From Candidatus Babeliales bacterium (lineage in GTDB: Bacteria; Babelota; Babeliae; Babelales; JANWKD01), in assembly GCA_963762115.1 (NCBI GenBank), contig CAVXJH010000006.1, forward strand, positions 288,001 to 352,000: a DNA stretch of 64,000 nt, read 5' to 3'. The first letter of the stretch is position 1. The number at the start of each line of letters is the position of its first letter. Below the pieces are notes generated by a model. The model was not told the DNA's origin. It worked only from the letters and a program-made list of their open reading frames with translations, and searched no databases. A program made the translations under genes and the position numbers. Of the stretch, positions 39,065-49,093 are shown one piece after another.

Positions 39065-39659
39065 AAACGATACTATTGTCTTTTTGTCCAAGATTTCTTG
39101 GTTTAGGTTCTCTTTTTTTGCAATTTTTTTTATGGTCTTTAAATTTCTCTTGATTGAGAAATAATTTTTGGCAACATATTTTAAATGCATTATGATGGTC
39201 TCTTAGATGATATATAATTCGAGCAGGCAATTTAGCTGTTGCCGTACATTGTTCCATGGGACATTGATATTTCGTTTCTATGTCTGATTTTATATGCATA
39301 TTTTTTATATGTCCGTATAAGGTAATAAATGACCATGTATTTATTTCTTCGCAAGGACATCGCCATCTTTCGTCAACTGTTACCATTGGTTGGAGATTGG
39401 TTATAAAAGGACTATTATTTTGTGGTGATTCGTCAACGAGGGTAAAATCTCTTTGTTGGTCCTGTGTCTCAAGTGATTCTAGAAATTCATTGAATGTTGC
39501 ATCTAATTCTAACGGTGAGCCTTCAAGTGTTTCATTACATAGAAGTTCTGTGAATAGTGAGGTTACAGGAGTTTCCATGCAAGAACTGAAATGGCTGTTG
39601 ACCATAAGCGCAATTAAGAATAGTGAATAAAAAATTGTTTTATGTTTGAAGATGTTCAT
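39057..39659 (-). CDS. Secreted C2H2 zinc-finger protein (paralog of 38447) with acidic N-terminal region
   Basis: Signal ...SSC-MET; CPMEQC...HLRDHH; AFKICCQKL shared with the neighbouring gene. Confidence 0.8.
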   Translation of the reverse strand: MNIFKHKTIFYSLFLIALMVNSHFSSCMETPVTSLFTELLCNETLEGSPLELDATFNEFLESLETQDQQRDFTLVDESPQNNSPFITNLQPMVTVDERWRCPCEEINTWSFITLYGHIKNMHIKSDIETKYQCPMEQCTATAKLPARIIYHLRDHHNAFKICCQKLFLNQEKFKDHKKNCKKREPKPRNLGQKDNSIVYE

Positions 39660-39730
39660 GATTGTGTGTGTATTCTTTGTGTTGATGTTATTTTAGAGCC
39701 TGTTAAAACAACAGGCCCATTTTTTTTATA

Positions 39731-40306
39731 TTATTTATAATGCTGTTGACGATATTTATCACAAGTGTAACAAGCAAAACTAAATAATTTCGTAGCGAGT
39801 TCGCTTTCTAGATTTTTATCTAAATTTTGTAAAAATGTTGCTAAATTACCTTTTGTTTTAAGGTGTTGTAGGGCTTGATTGGCATATTTTTCGCGTATAT
39901 CTCGTTTTAATTGTTCAATATTGAAATAAGGGTTAACGGGAACCGTATAATTAATGTGTTCATTAAGGAAATTTTCAACATAACGATCTTGAAGACTTAA
40001 TGCTACACTTCCTTTTACATTTGCAGCATATTGTTTTGCTTCAACTTGGTTTTTGAACGGTGCATTTTTGTGCTCGGTAAAAACTTCTTGTGCTAATGCT
40101 TGTTTACCTTCATTATGAATTAATGTTTTAATTTTTGCAGCAACAGTAGGATTTGCTTGTTCAGCTGGTTTGAAAACATTAAAAAGTAATTGTTCTGCTT
40201 CACCTGTAATACTTTTTTCGTCGAAAACATACCATGTTGAGCTGAATATTGATGTAGTTGTTAGACTGCAAAGTAAGAATGCAGATAAAAATTTTTGTGT
40301 GTTCAT
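39731..40306 (-). CDS. Secreted hypothetical protein
   Basis: Signal peptide, GGAG RBS; paralogous to 37790. Confidence 0.72.
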   Translation of the reverse strand: MNTQKFLSAFLLCSLTTTSIFSSTWYVFDEKSITGEAEQLLFNVFKPAEQANPTVAAKIKTLIHNEGKQALAQEVFTEHKNAPFKNQVEAKQYAANVKGSVALSLQDRYVENFLNEHINYTVPVNPYFNIEQLKRDIREKYANQALQHLKTKGNLATFLQNLDKNLESELATKLFSFACYTCDKYRQQHYK

Positions 40307-40335
40307 AAAAGATCTCCTAAAAAGTGTGTGTTGAA

Positions 40336-41391
40336 TTATAATTTTGAACGTAGGTAAGCTATGCTAAAATCTTTACTATCAATTGGATGTCTGCATATAG
40401 GACATGTTGGTTGTATGTTTTGTTTTATTTGTGCTTCCATGCAACCAATTTGACAACCTGTGCAAATTTGATGACCGCAACGCAAAGTTGATCGTTTTTT
40501 TAGTTCTGTAAAGAATGGTTCAAGACATACACCGCAATCTGTTGCAGAATATATCTTTTTTTCTATTGTTTTACTTTTAAACACTTCTATATCAGTTTCA
40601 CCTTGTGGTAAAATTTCTTCAACGAATTCAACTTGAATATCATCAATATTTGGATAAAGCGATGATGGTTCTGGCCTATTAAATTCTTCGATTCGAGGTG
40701 CAGTTGGGGTATAATCATGAATAACAGCAGGTCTTTGCGGTGTTGTAGTATTTCTTTGATTATTAATATAATTTTTGATGTATGAATCAACATCAGTATT
40801 AAGATTTTTGAACAATTCTTTAACTGATCTTTTGTTTGAAAGTTTTTGATCTATTTGATGACCAAAATGTTCTGCGACTTTTTTTAAATCGTTTTCTTTT
40901 TGTGATGTGGTAATTTTGCTTTGAGCATTTTCAACTACTTTTGTAACAAAAAATTCTCGAATGCCACCGGGTAAATGCTCAAAGGCATATTTCTCTGCTT
41001 GTGCGTGTGTAGCAAAATTTTGTTTAAATGTGTCTGCTACCACTTCTTGTTTTTTCTTCCATAAGCCTTCTTGTATTATAGCTGGTTGATTGTCAATATC
41101 AGCAAGTTCTCTTAATTTTTTTTCTAGACTATCAAAAAGTTGTTGTTTGTCAGGTTTTTGAGCATAAGTGCTTTGTCGTTGAGTTGAATGGTGTGTTTGT
41201 CGTGGTGGCGTAGTTTTTGCAGTATCATGTTGTATTCGTTCTATCTTTTTTGTTTCTTTTTCAACTTCTAATGAAGCTTCAACAAAAAAAATTAAAAGAT
41301 CGTGTAGAAAATGGCCGGCTTTTATAGAATGCGTAATTGCGCAGCAAAATAAAAGTAGAAAAGCACATTTTTTTGTATACTGTTTAATCAT
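40336..41391 (-). CDS. Secreted protein with C-terminal RING-HC finger (candidate E3 ubiquitin ligase)
   Basis: CGVC-x12-CGH-x2-CTGC-x14-CPICR; signal peptide. Confidence 0.85.
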   Translation of the reverse strand: MIKQYTKKCAFLLLFCCAITHSIKAGHFLHDLLIFFVEASLEVEKETKKIERIQHDTAKTTPPRQTHHSTQRQSTYAQKPDKQQLFDSLEKKLRELADIDNQPAIIQEGLWKKKQEVVADTFKQNFATHAQAEKYAFEHLPGGIREFFVTKVVENAQSKITTSQKENDLKKVAEHFGHQIDQKLSNKRSVKELFKNLNTDVDSYIKNYINNQRNTTTPQRPAVIHDYTPTAPRIEEFNRPEPSSLYPNIDDIQVEFVEEILPQGETDIEVFKSKTIEKKIYSATDCGVCLEPFFTELKKRSTLRCGHQICTGCQIGCMEAQIKQNIQPTCPICRHPIDSKDFSIAYLRSKL

Positions 41392-41461
41392 AAAAACTCC
41401 TTACATAAAAAAAACTATTTTCTTAAGAGTAGCGTTTTTTATGGTATTCTCCAGTTTTATT

Positions 41462-44029
41462 TTATGAACTAATTACAATCGAGCCATTTTTCAGACTAAC
41501 TGATAGAGTCTTGCTTTCAGGATGTTTTAATAAATATTGTGAGATTGGCACGATAATGCGTTGCTGAATAGTACGCTTTAATGGTCGTGCACCGTATTCT
41601 TTGATGTATCCTTGCTGTGCAATTTCTTTAATCACTTCGTTTGCAATAGTCACGGTGATATTTTTTTCAGTAAGTCTTTTTTCCAGCTCATGCAATTGAA
41701 GTTGTGTAATTTTTTCAACATCGCTTTCAGAAAGTCTTTTAAAGAAAACAATTGCATCAATGCGATTTAAAAATTCTGGTTTAAACTTTTGTTGCAATAT
41801 TTGTTCAACGGATTGTTTTACTTTTTCAGTGATTTCATCAGCTTGCAAAATAATTTCCGATCCAATGTTGGATGTCATGATAATGACGCAATTTTTGAAT
41901 GAAACCGTACGCCCTTGGCTATCAGTTAAATGACCTTCATCAAGAATTTGCAGAAAAATATTAAAAACATCAGGATGTGCTTTTTCGATTTCATCAAATA
42001 AAATGACACTATAAGGATGTCGTCGCACTTGTTCAGTAAGTTGTCCACCTTCTTCATAACCAACATAGCCTGGTGGCGCACCGATTAATCGAGCGACTGC
42101 ATGTTTTTCCATGTATTCTGACATATCAATGCGAATGAGTTTTTTAGGATCATTAAATAAAAATTCTGCTAATGTTTTTGCAACTTCAGTTTTACCGACC
42201 CCCGTTGGCCCTAAGAATAAAAATGAACCGATTGGCCTATTTGGATCAGTAAGCCCAGTTCTATGCATTTGAATGGCATTCGTGATTGCCTCTAATGCTT
42301 CATCTTGGCCGATAACTTGTTTTTGCAAGATTGTTTGCATTGAAAGGAGTTTTTCTGATTCTTGTGCTTCCAGTTTTTCTGCAGGAATGCCAGTCCAACG
42401 TGATAACACTTTTGCAATGTCATGTTCATCAACATATTGTTTAATCATGTTGGTGGAAAGATTTTTGAGCGTTTCTTGTTCTTTGGTTAATTCTTGTTCC
42501 AATTTAACAAGTTTGCCATATTTTATTTCTGAAGCTTTTGCAAAATTGCCTTCACGTTCAGCTTGTGTGTATGCATGTTGTGCGGCTTCTATTTTTTCTT
42601 TTATGGCATTAATTTTTTCAAGGGGTGCTTTTTCCGCTTTCCATTGATTTAATAATGTTACATGTCGTTCTTTGAATTCTGCAAGTTCTTTATCAAGATG
42701 TTCAAGACGTGCTTTTGAAGGGCCATCACCTTTTTCTTTTTGTAAAGCAACTTTTTCGATTTCTAATTGTCTGATTTTTCGCTCAAGTTGATCAAGCTCA
42801 GCGGGCTGTGAATCGATTGACATTTTGACCATTGCAGCAGCTTCATCAACGAGATCAATTGCTTTATCAGGCAAAAAACGATCGGGAATATATTTAGCCG
42901 ATAAGAGCACTGCATCGACTAACGCTTGATCTTTGATGTGAATGCCGTGATGAAGTTCATAGCGTTCTTTCAGGCCGCGCAAAATTGAGATTGCATCTTC
43001 AATAGAAGGCTCTTCGACAAGAACTTTTTGGAATCTGCGTTCAAGTGCAGCATCTTTTTCGATATATTTTTTATATTCTTGAAGGGTTGTTGCGCCGATA
43101 CAATGTAATTGACCACGCGCTAATGCTGGTTTAAGTAAATTTGATGCATCAAGACTGCCACCGCCAGCTGCACCAGCACCAATTAAGGTATGTAATTCGT
43201 CAATAAATAAAATAATATCATCAGGATGTTGTTCAATTTCTTTTAAAATACCTTTTAAGCGTTCTTCAAATTCACCTTGATATTTGGTACCGGCAACGAG
43301 TAATCCTAGATCGAGTGCATAGATTTGTTTATTGCGTAAACTTTCTGGTACATCATTATTGATGATGCGCTGCGCAATGCCTTCAACAATTGCTGTTTTA
43401 CCAACACCAGGTTCACCAACAAGCACAGGATTATTTTTTGTGCGTCGTGAAAGAATTTGGATCACGCGTCTTATTTCCTCATGACGACCAATAACGGGAT
43501 CAAGTTTTCCTGCTTTTGCTTGCTGGGTGATATTTTGGCAATATTTTTCCAAAATTTGGTACTGTGATTCTGCGTTTTTTTCTTTCACGGTTTGCCCTTT
43601 TCTTAACTGTTGCATATAAGCAAGGATAGCTGTTTTGGTGAATGTATGTTGTTTAAAAAATTCTTGCACGGTTGTTGGAAGATAGCGTGTTGTTGCCCAG
43701 ACAAGCATGAAATGCTCAAGACTTATAAAGCTATCACCTAATGCTTTCATTTCTTGTTCTAAATCGGCAAAAAAGGATTGCATGGTTTGATCAAGGGCAA
43801 GTTGTGCCCCATGTGCTTTGGGTAATTTTTGTAATTCAGTTTCAATAAGTTTTTGTAAGGGTGAAAGTGGTATTTTTAAGCTATCAAATAATGAGCGACA
43901 AAATTCATTATTGATGCCAGCTGCTAAGGTGTGCAATGGTGTCAAAGCAGGATTTTCTAATGCTTGTGCGATTTTTGCTGCATTGCTTAACAGTTCAGTG
44001 CTTGCATTGGTGAAAATATCAGTATTCAT
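41462..44029 (-). CDS. clpB: ATP-dependent chaperone ClpB
   Basis: [16 protein letters not shown], long coiled-coil M domain, [26 protein letters not shown]. Confidence 0.97.
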   Translation of the reverse strand: MNTDIFTNASTELLSNAAKIAQALENPALTPLHTLAAGINNEFCRSLFDSLKIPLSPLQKLIETELQKLPKAHGAQLALDQTMQSFFADLEQEMKALGDSFISLEHFMLVWATTRYLPTTVQEFFKQHTFTKTAILAYMQQLRKGQTVKEKNAESQYQILEKYCQNITQQAKAGKLDPVIGRHEEIRRVIQILSRRTKNNPVLVGEPGVGKTAIVEGIAQRIINNDVPESLRNKQIYALDLGLLVAGTKYQGEFEERLKGILKEIEQHPDDIILFIDELHTLIGAGAAGGGSLDASNLLKPALARGQLHCIGATTLQEYKKYIEKDAALERRFQKVLVEEPSIEDAISILRGLKERYELHHGIHIKDQALVDAVLLSAKYIPDRFLPDKAIDLVDEAAAMVKMSIDSQPAELDQLERKIRQLEIEKVALQKEKGDGPSKARLEHLDKELAEFKERHVTLLNQWKAEKAPLEKINAIKEKIEAAQHAYTQAEREGNFAKASEIKYGKLVKLEQELTKEQETLKNLSTNMIKQYVDEHDIAKVLSRWTGIPAEKLEAQESEKLLSMQTILQKQVIGQDEALEAITNAIQMHRTGLTDPNRPIGSFLFLGPTGVGKTEVAKTLAEFLFNDPKKLIRIDMSEYMEKHAVARLIGAPPGYVGYEEGGQLTEQVRRHPYSVILFDEIEKAHPDVFNIFLQILDEGHLTDSQGRTVSFKNCVIIMTSNIGSEIILQADEITEKVKQSVEQILQQKFKPEFLNRIDAIVFFKRLSESDVEKITQLQLHELEKRLTEKNITVTIANEVIKEIAQQGYIKEYGARPLKRTIQQRIIVPISQYLLKHPESKTLSVSLKNGSIVISS

Positions 44030-44036
44030 ATTTTTT

Positions 44037-45212
44037 CTATTTTGGTTTTTGAAGTTCTTTTTCTAGTAAGTCTAATCTGTTGCTTAAATTTGTTAACTCT
44101 TGTTTTAATTTTTCTTCAGATTTTGACGGTTGTAATAGTTTTAAAGATGAAGATTCAGATAGCTCGTTTTTTTGATAAAAAAATACATAACCATTTTTAT
44201 TAATTTCATTTTGTACGTTAGTAGGTGATTGTTCAGTAATCCTCGAGTCATCGCATAAATACCATTTATTAGCATCCTTGATATAGGCAACATAATGGCC
44301 CCCACCGGTTCCACCTCGATGGACAATAACACTGATCAATGAATAGATATAATCATTTTTTTCTTCAGGAATTTTCATAAATGGTCGAATGTTAATAAAG
44401 GATGGGATAGTCACAGCGTGAGTTAATTTTGAACGCGTTGCACCAAAATTGGTATACTCATAGCGATTGAGTGATATAACTAACAATTCAGGTGTGGTTA
44501 CTAATTGTATTTGTCGTTCGCAATTAGGAATTTCTGCGCCTCGATATGCATTATATGCAGGATTTGTACCTTGATATTTATAATAATTTTTTGGATCATC
44601 TTGAATTTCTTTTTTAAAGTATTCATTTAACGAATCTTCTAAGGTTGTTAAGGACTTTGCGCTAATTTTTTTTCTAGGGTTTGGTGGAGTTTTTATTGGT
44701 ACGGATAAATAAAATATCGGATCTTCATCGTAGAAGGCGATCAATTCGTCGCCCTCAGGAAGTGGGCACCGGGTCTTTGTTGTTTGAAAAATGCCAAGCA
44801 AATTACTAATATATATGTCAAAAGATCTGCTCACCCGTTTTAAACTGTTGAATGCTCCAGTTAGAAATTCTTGAGCATCTTCTTGGGCATATGGGTTTGT
44901 ATCAGCTAATTCGGCAATGATTGCCATACTTGCTTCAGTATAACCTTGCAATGTTGGGTCTTCTTCTTCAATTTTTGTTTTTATCGGCAGCTCCCTTATT
45001 AATTGCTGATAGGCCCCAGGAAAAGTATGTATTTCTTCTATATTATTTGCATCTTTAGAAAGGAACCCTGTAAGAGGTTTAATATTATATAATGATTGTG
45101 TAACTGCATTGAGATAACAGGTATTGCCACAATTAGCTAATCCTGTAGGTCTTGCATAGAGAGCAACTGTTATCTGTGTAGAAATTGCTAAAAAAAATAA
45201 TTTTTTGATCAT
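44037..45212 (-). CDS. Secreted USP (peptidase C19) deubiquitinase-like protein
   Basis: Cys box [26 protein letters not shown], His box [18 protein letters not shown]...WYLCDDSRI...YVFFY; signal peptide. Confidence 0.92.
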   Translation of the reverse strand: MIKKLFFLAISTQITVALYARPTGLANCGNTCYLNAVTQSLYNIKPLTGFLSKDANNIEEIHTFPGAYQQLIRELPIKTKIEEEDPTLQGYTEASMAIIAELADTNPYAQEDAQEFLTGAFNSLKRVSRSFDIYISNLLGIFQTTKTRCPLPEGDELIAFYDEDPIFYLSVPIKTPPNPRKKISAKSLTTLEDSLNEYFKKEIQDDPKNYYKYQGTNPAYNAYRGAEIPNCERQIQLVTTPELLVISLNRYEYTNFGATRSKLTHAVTIPSFINIRPFMKIPEEKNDYIYSLISVIVHRGGTGGGHYVAYIKDANKWYLCDDSRITEQSPTNVQNEINKNGYVFFYQKNELSESSSLKLLQPSKSEEKLKQELTNLSNRLDLLEKELQKPK

Positions 45213-45229
45213 AACTTTCCCTTTATACT

Positions 45230-46489
45230 TTAACTTCGCATATTTTTTGATCGCAATAACTTGTGATAACTAATAGCAAAATGATGCGCATAATCACGTA
45301 AAGCGATTATTAATCTTCCCACATCAGAGTGTAAGCTTAACGGAACTGGTTCAGTCAATGATTTGCTAAAAATAAGCTCTTCACGTTTTGCCAAACTAAT
45401 AATTTCAGCATGAGGCAAAATTTTTTCAACGGCATGAAGTTGTCCAAGGCCGCCATCAATGACAATGAGATCAGGAATATCTTCAGGGTTTCTATAGCGA
45501 CGCAAGACAATTTCTTGCAATGCAGCATAATCATTTTGTTCTTTGAGTGATTTTATTTTGAAGCGGCGAAAATTATCTTTATCAGGAATGCCATTCTTAA
45601 AACGAATGCATGAGCCGACAATATAACTACTTTGAAAATGTGAGATATCAAAACAATCAATAGTTGAAGGAGCTTTTTTGAGTGCAAAAAGTTCCTGTAT
45701 TTTTTTGCCGATTTCAAAATTTTCTTCTTTTTGCCTTCGCGTTGGCGCGGTAACTAATAAAATATCTTTTTCATATTTGGTCAGAGAAAATTTTGTTTTC
45801 AGGGTCGTAAAAATAACTTCTAAGTTTTGTAAGTAGCGATGCATATTGTGCGCTTTTTCAAATTCAAAATTTTTTATATGTTCAGTAACTTTTTCTTTTA
45901 CTGCTTTGAGTGATGCGTTAAAGTTTCCTTCCAAAAGTGTTTGTACTAATTGTAAGCGGAATATATATGCTTCACGATCGAATGTTGCCAAGCAATTGCC
46001 GGCACAATTGCCAACATGATAATTGAGGCAGCCATTTTCTATTTTGGTGTTGCACAAACTTAATTGAAAGGTGTGCACAAGATAAGCATGGGCACTGCGG
46101 ACTTTGCTTTTATGCAAAAAAGGACCAAAATAGGTTCCTTTTTTTATTTTGTTGCGCGCTAACTCAAAGAGAGGAAGTTGATCTTGCGTGAAAAGAAGGT
46201 AGACAAAAGGTTGTCCACTTTTCAGGAGCACATTAAATTTTGGTTTATGTTCACGAATGAGTTGTGCTTCAAGAAGCAAAGCATCAGTTTCACTATGGGT
46301 GACAATATGCTCAATATGGGTATGTTCTTCTACTAATGCCTGGATTTTCCAGTCAGTTTTTTGTTTTTGAAAGTAGGAACTAACTCTTTTTTTGAGGTTT
46401 TTTGCTTTGCCAACATATAAAATGATATCTTTCTGTTTGAACAGATACACACCTGGCAATGAAGGTAATTGTTCTATTATTTGTTTCAT
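45230..46489 (-). CDS. uvrC: Excinuclease ABC subunit C, short form without C-terminal HhH
   Basis: GIY-YIG PGVYLF...LYVGKAKNLKKRVSSYF; DCFDISH; DLIVIDGGLGQL; LRDYAHHFAI. Confidence 0.9.
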   Translation of the reverse strand: MKQIIEQLPSLPGVYLFKQKDIILYVGKAKNLKKRVSSYFQKQKTDWKIQALVEEHTHIEHIVTHSETDALLLEAQLIREHKPKFNVLLKSGQPFVYLLFTQDQLPLFELARNKIKKGTYFGPFLHKSKVRSAHAYLVHTFQLSLCNTKIENGCLNYHVGNCAGNCLATFDREAYIFRLQLVQTLLEGNFNASLKAVKEKVTEHIKNFEFEKAHNMHRYLQNLEVIFTTLKTKFSLTKYEKDILLVTAPTRRQKEENFEIGKKIQELFALKKAPSTIDCFDISHFQSSYIVGSCIRFKNGIPDKDNFRRFKIKSLKEQNDYAALQEIVLRRYRNPEDIPDLIVIDGGLGQLHAVEKILPHAEIISLAKREELIFSKSLTEPVPLSLHSDVGRLIIALRDYAHHFAISYHKLLRSKNMRS

Positions 46490-46669
46490 ATCCGTACTCC
46501 ATTAAGATAAGTATAAAATAGTATAGCAGATTTTTTGGATATGCGCAAAACTAAAATTTTCAAATAGAAACTTGTTTAAAGATGAGCTTTTTGTCTTTTT
46601 ATATCGGATAAATATTGAAAGCAGGAAGATTTATACTACTTCCTGCTCTTAAAAAAAAGTTTGATGATG

Positions 46670-47743
46670 TCAGGCTCTTTGTCTTTGCAGTGCATATTGT
46701 AATTGATTTAATTTGTCATGCAATGATTTTAGAGTTTCCTGAAGCATAGGTTGTTTTTCTAATTCGCGTTGTTGTTTTTCCAATTGTTCTTTTGCATTTT
46801 GTCCAATTATTTGCAACTGCTGTTTTTCGTATGCTCTTTGTTCTCTTTCCTGTTCTTGTCGTTGTCTTTCACGAAGATCTCGCGCAAATAATTCTTCTTC
46901 TTCGCGTTCCTTCTCTTCTTGTTGGCGGAGATACTCTCGTTGTTGTTGAGCAGATTGTTTTCTTTCCTGTTGTTCTTGTGCAAGTTGCTTAATTTTTTCT
47001 TGTTGTTGTCGTTCTCTTGCTTTTTGTTCTAATTCTTGTTCAAATTTGTGAGCCTTTTTAATTTCTTCCTGTTTAGCTTGCTCTTGTTCAATTTTTTTAG
47101 GAGCATTCTTTTTAGATTGTAGTAACTTTAGCATTTCATCATTGCTTTGAGCAAGGGAAAAAGCATTGTATTGATTGTTAGGCAATGCGGGATCCGCACC
47201 TGCATTCAATAATGCTTTTACAATTTCTTTATAATCTTTATTAATGGCAAGGGTTAAAGCTGTGGCACCATTTTTAAATACAGTAATCCCATGTGGATTG
47301 ACAATTAGATTAACATCTGCATTTTTATCAATAAGCATAGTAACTATTTTTAGTATCTTGTTTTCATCTTCGTTCTGATCTTTAGGCAATCCAATTGCGG
47401 CAATAAGAGCTGATATCCCATATTGACCTAATCTATTAACGTTTGCCCCATTTTCTAATAAGTATTTAACAATCCGTTCACTAGTGCTTGCAGCCGCAGC
47501 AGTTAATGCGGGTTGCATGCCAAGCGAATGTGCACGTAGTTGGGCTAGTCCATTTATATTGATATTGTCTTTCTCTTCTTCGTAAAGCTTTTTAAGACTT
47601 TCAAAAGAGGGTGTATATGCTTTCACTACAAAATCTTTCTGTGCCTCACTTGGTAGTTCTTCTTCCATAGATTGAGCATTGTTGATTAAAATTAAAAGTA
47701 TAAAAAAAATAAAGTTCTTAATTTTTATAGGATGTGCCATCAT
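46670..47743 (-). CDS. Secreted ankyrin-repeat protein with Q/E-rich coiled coil
   Basis: Signal ...AQS-MEE; IVKYLLENGANVN, TALTLAINKDYKEIVKALLNAGAD; C-terminal leucine motif. Confidence 0.85.
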   Translation of the reverse strand: MMAHPIKIKNFIFFILLILINNAQSMEEELPSEAQKDFVVKAYTPSFESLKKLYEEEKDNININGLAQLRAHSLGMQPALTAAAASTSERIVKYLLENGANVNRLGQYGISALIAAIGLPKDQNEDENKILKIVTMLIDKNADVNLIVNPHGITVFKNGATALTLAINKDYKEIVKALLNAGADPALPNNQYNAFSLAQSNDEMLKLLQSKKNAPKKIEQEQAKQEEIKKAHKFEQELEQKARERQQQEKIKQLAQEQQERKQSAQQQREYLRQQEEKEREEEELFARDLRERQRQEQEREQRAYEKQQLQIIGQNAKEQLEKQQRELEKQPMLQETLKSLHDKLNQLQYALQRQRA

Positions 47744-47825
47744 TATTTTTCCTTTATTTTGCAAAATAGTGAAACTGTTTTACATTGCATTTAACAAATA
47801 TTTGATATTAATGAATCTAATAATG

Positions 47826-49040
47826 TCATATTATTTGTCTTCGTAATGCGAATTGTAATTGATTAAGCTTTTGGTGCAATTCTTTTAGAGCTTCTTTTAA
47901 GTTATTATTTTGTTGTGGTTTGAGTTTGCATATTCTTTCTTTTTCTTGCTGCTCTTTTGCGGCTTCTTGTTGCGCTCGTTCTCTTGCAATGCGCTCTCGA
48001 TTGCCCTTTTCCCGTAGCTTTCTAGTTTCTTGTATTTGTTGTTCTTGTCGTGCACGTTCTATTTCTTGTTGAGCTTGTTTTATTTCTTGTCGTGCTAATT
48101 CAAGTTGCTCTTGTATTCGTTGTTGACTTTCCAAGCGTTCTTCTTGTTCTTTTATTTGTTCTTCACGCTCTTTTTGTCTTTGCTGTTCTTCAGCTAATCG
48201 TTGTTGTTTCTTGGTTTCTTCCTGTATCAATAATTGCCATTGTTGTTCTGGTGTTAGTTTTTGCTCTGCTTTTAATGCTTCTTCAAATTCTTTTTCTTCT
48301 CGTAACTTTTTTTCTTCACGTTCTTTTCGTTCCTGTTCAATTCTTTTGAGCAGTTCAGCTAGTTCAGCAGATCTTTCTTTCTCTTTAGCTTCGCGTTCTT
48401 CTTGTTGCTGTTGTGCAAGTTGCTTAATTTTTTCTTGTTGTTGTCGTTCTCTTGCTTTTTGTTCTAATTCTTGTTCAAATTTGTGAGCCTTTTTAATTTC
48501 TTCCTGTTTAGCTTGCTCTTGTTCAATGCGTTCTCTTTCTTGCTGTTCTTGTTGCTTTTGTTCTTCAGCTAATTGTTTTTGTTTTAGGATTTCTTGCTCC
48601 AGTTGTTCTTGAAGGGCTTGTAATAAGCCACTTGGTTTTTTGCGGGCATTTTGTTCTTTTTCTAATAATATTTTTTTTACGCGATCATTCTCCTCTTCTT
48701 TTCCTCTGAAAAAACGTCCTTGTATTGCATTGAGTCCATTTTCAATTTGTTCAGGAGTCCAGTCTTGAATGTCTGATAAAAACCGTGCATTTGGTTGTTC
48801 TACTCGTTTCATACGTAAAGAAAACTGTTTATTTTTATCCATTTCCGATGGATTACTAAGCGCCATTAATTTATCATACTCATCATAAATCTTTTCTTCG
48901 GGCCACGTGTTAATCTCTTTTGTAAAATCAAGCATTATTTTTTTTTCTTCAGGCGTTAGCTGTTGCATTGCCCATAATGGCGCATTGATTAGAGAAAATA
49001 CTACTCCCAAAAAGAGTAATTTTTTTAAGATCATTTTCAT
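47826..49040 (-). CDS. Secreted Q/E/K/R-rich coiled-coil protein
   Basis: Signal ...LWA-MQQ; 117 bp identical to the neighbouring gene; C-terminal leucine motif. Confidence 0.8.
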   Translation of the reverse strand: MKMILKKLLFLGVVFSLINAPLWAMQQLTPEEKKIMLDFTKEINTWPEEKIYDEYDKLMALSNPSEMDKNKQFSLRMKRVEQPNARFLSDIQDWTPEQIENGLNAIQGRFFRGKEEENDRVKKILLEKEQNARKKPSGLLQALQEQLEQEILKQKQLAEEQKQQEQQERERIEQEQAKQEEIKKAHKFEQELEQKARERQQQEKIKQLAQQQQEEREAKEKERSAELAELLKRIEQERKEREEKKLREEKEFEEALKAEQKLTPEQQWQLLIQEETKKQQRLAEEQQRQKEREEQIKEQEERLESQQRIQEQLELARQEIKQAQQEIERARQEQQIQETRKLREKGNRERIARERAQQEAAKEQQEKERICKLKPQQNNNLKEALKELHQKLNQLQFALRRQII

Positions 49041-49093
49041 TTCCTTCCATACTTTATTTTTTCAATAATCACTGCAAAAAATGGTAGCATCTC

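Noticed and set aside
45230..46489. uvrC as a pseudogene because it is short
   Set aside because: Both nuclease domains are intact, the stop is clean and no HhH remnant was seen downstream.
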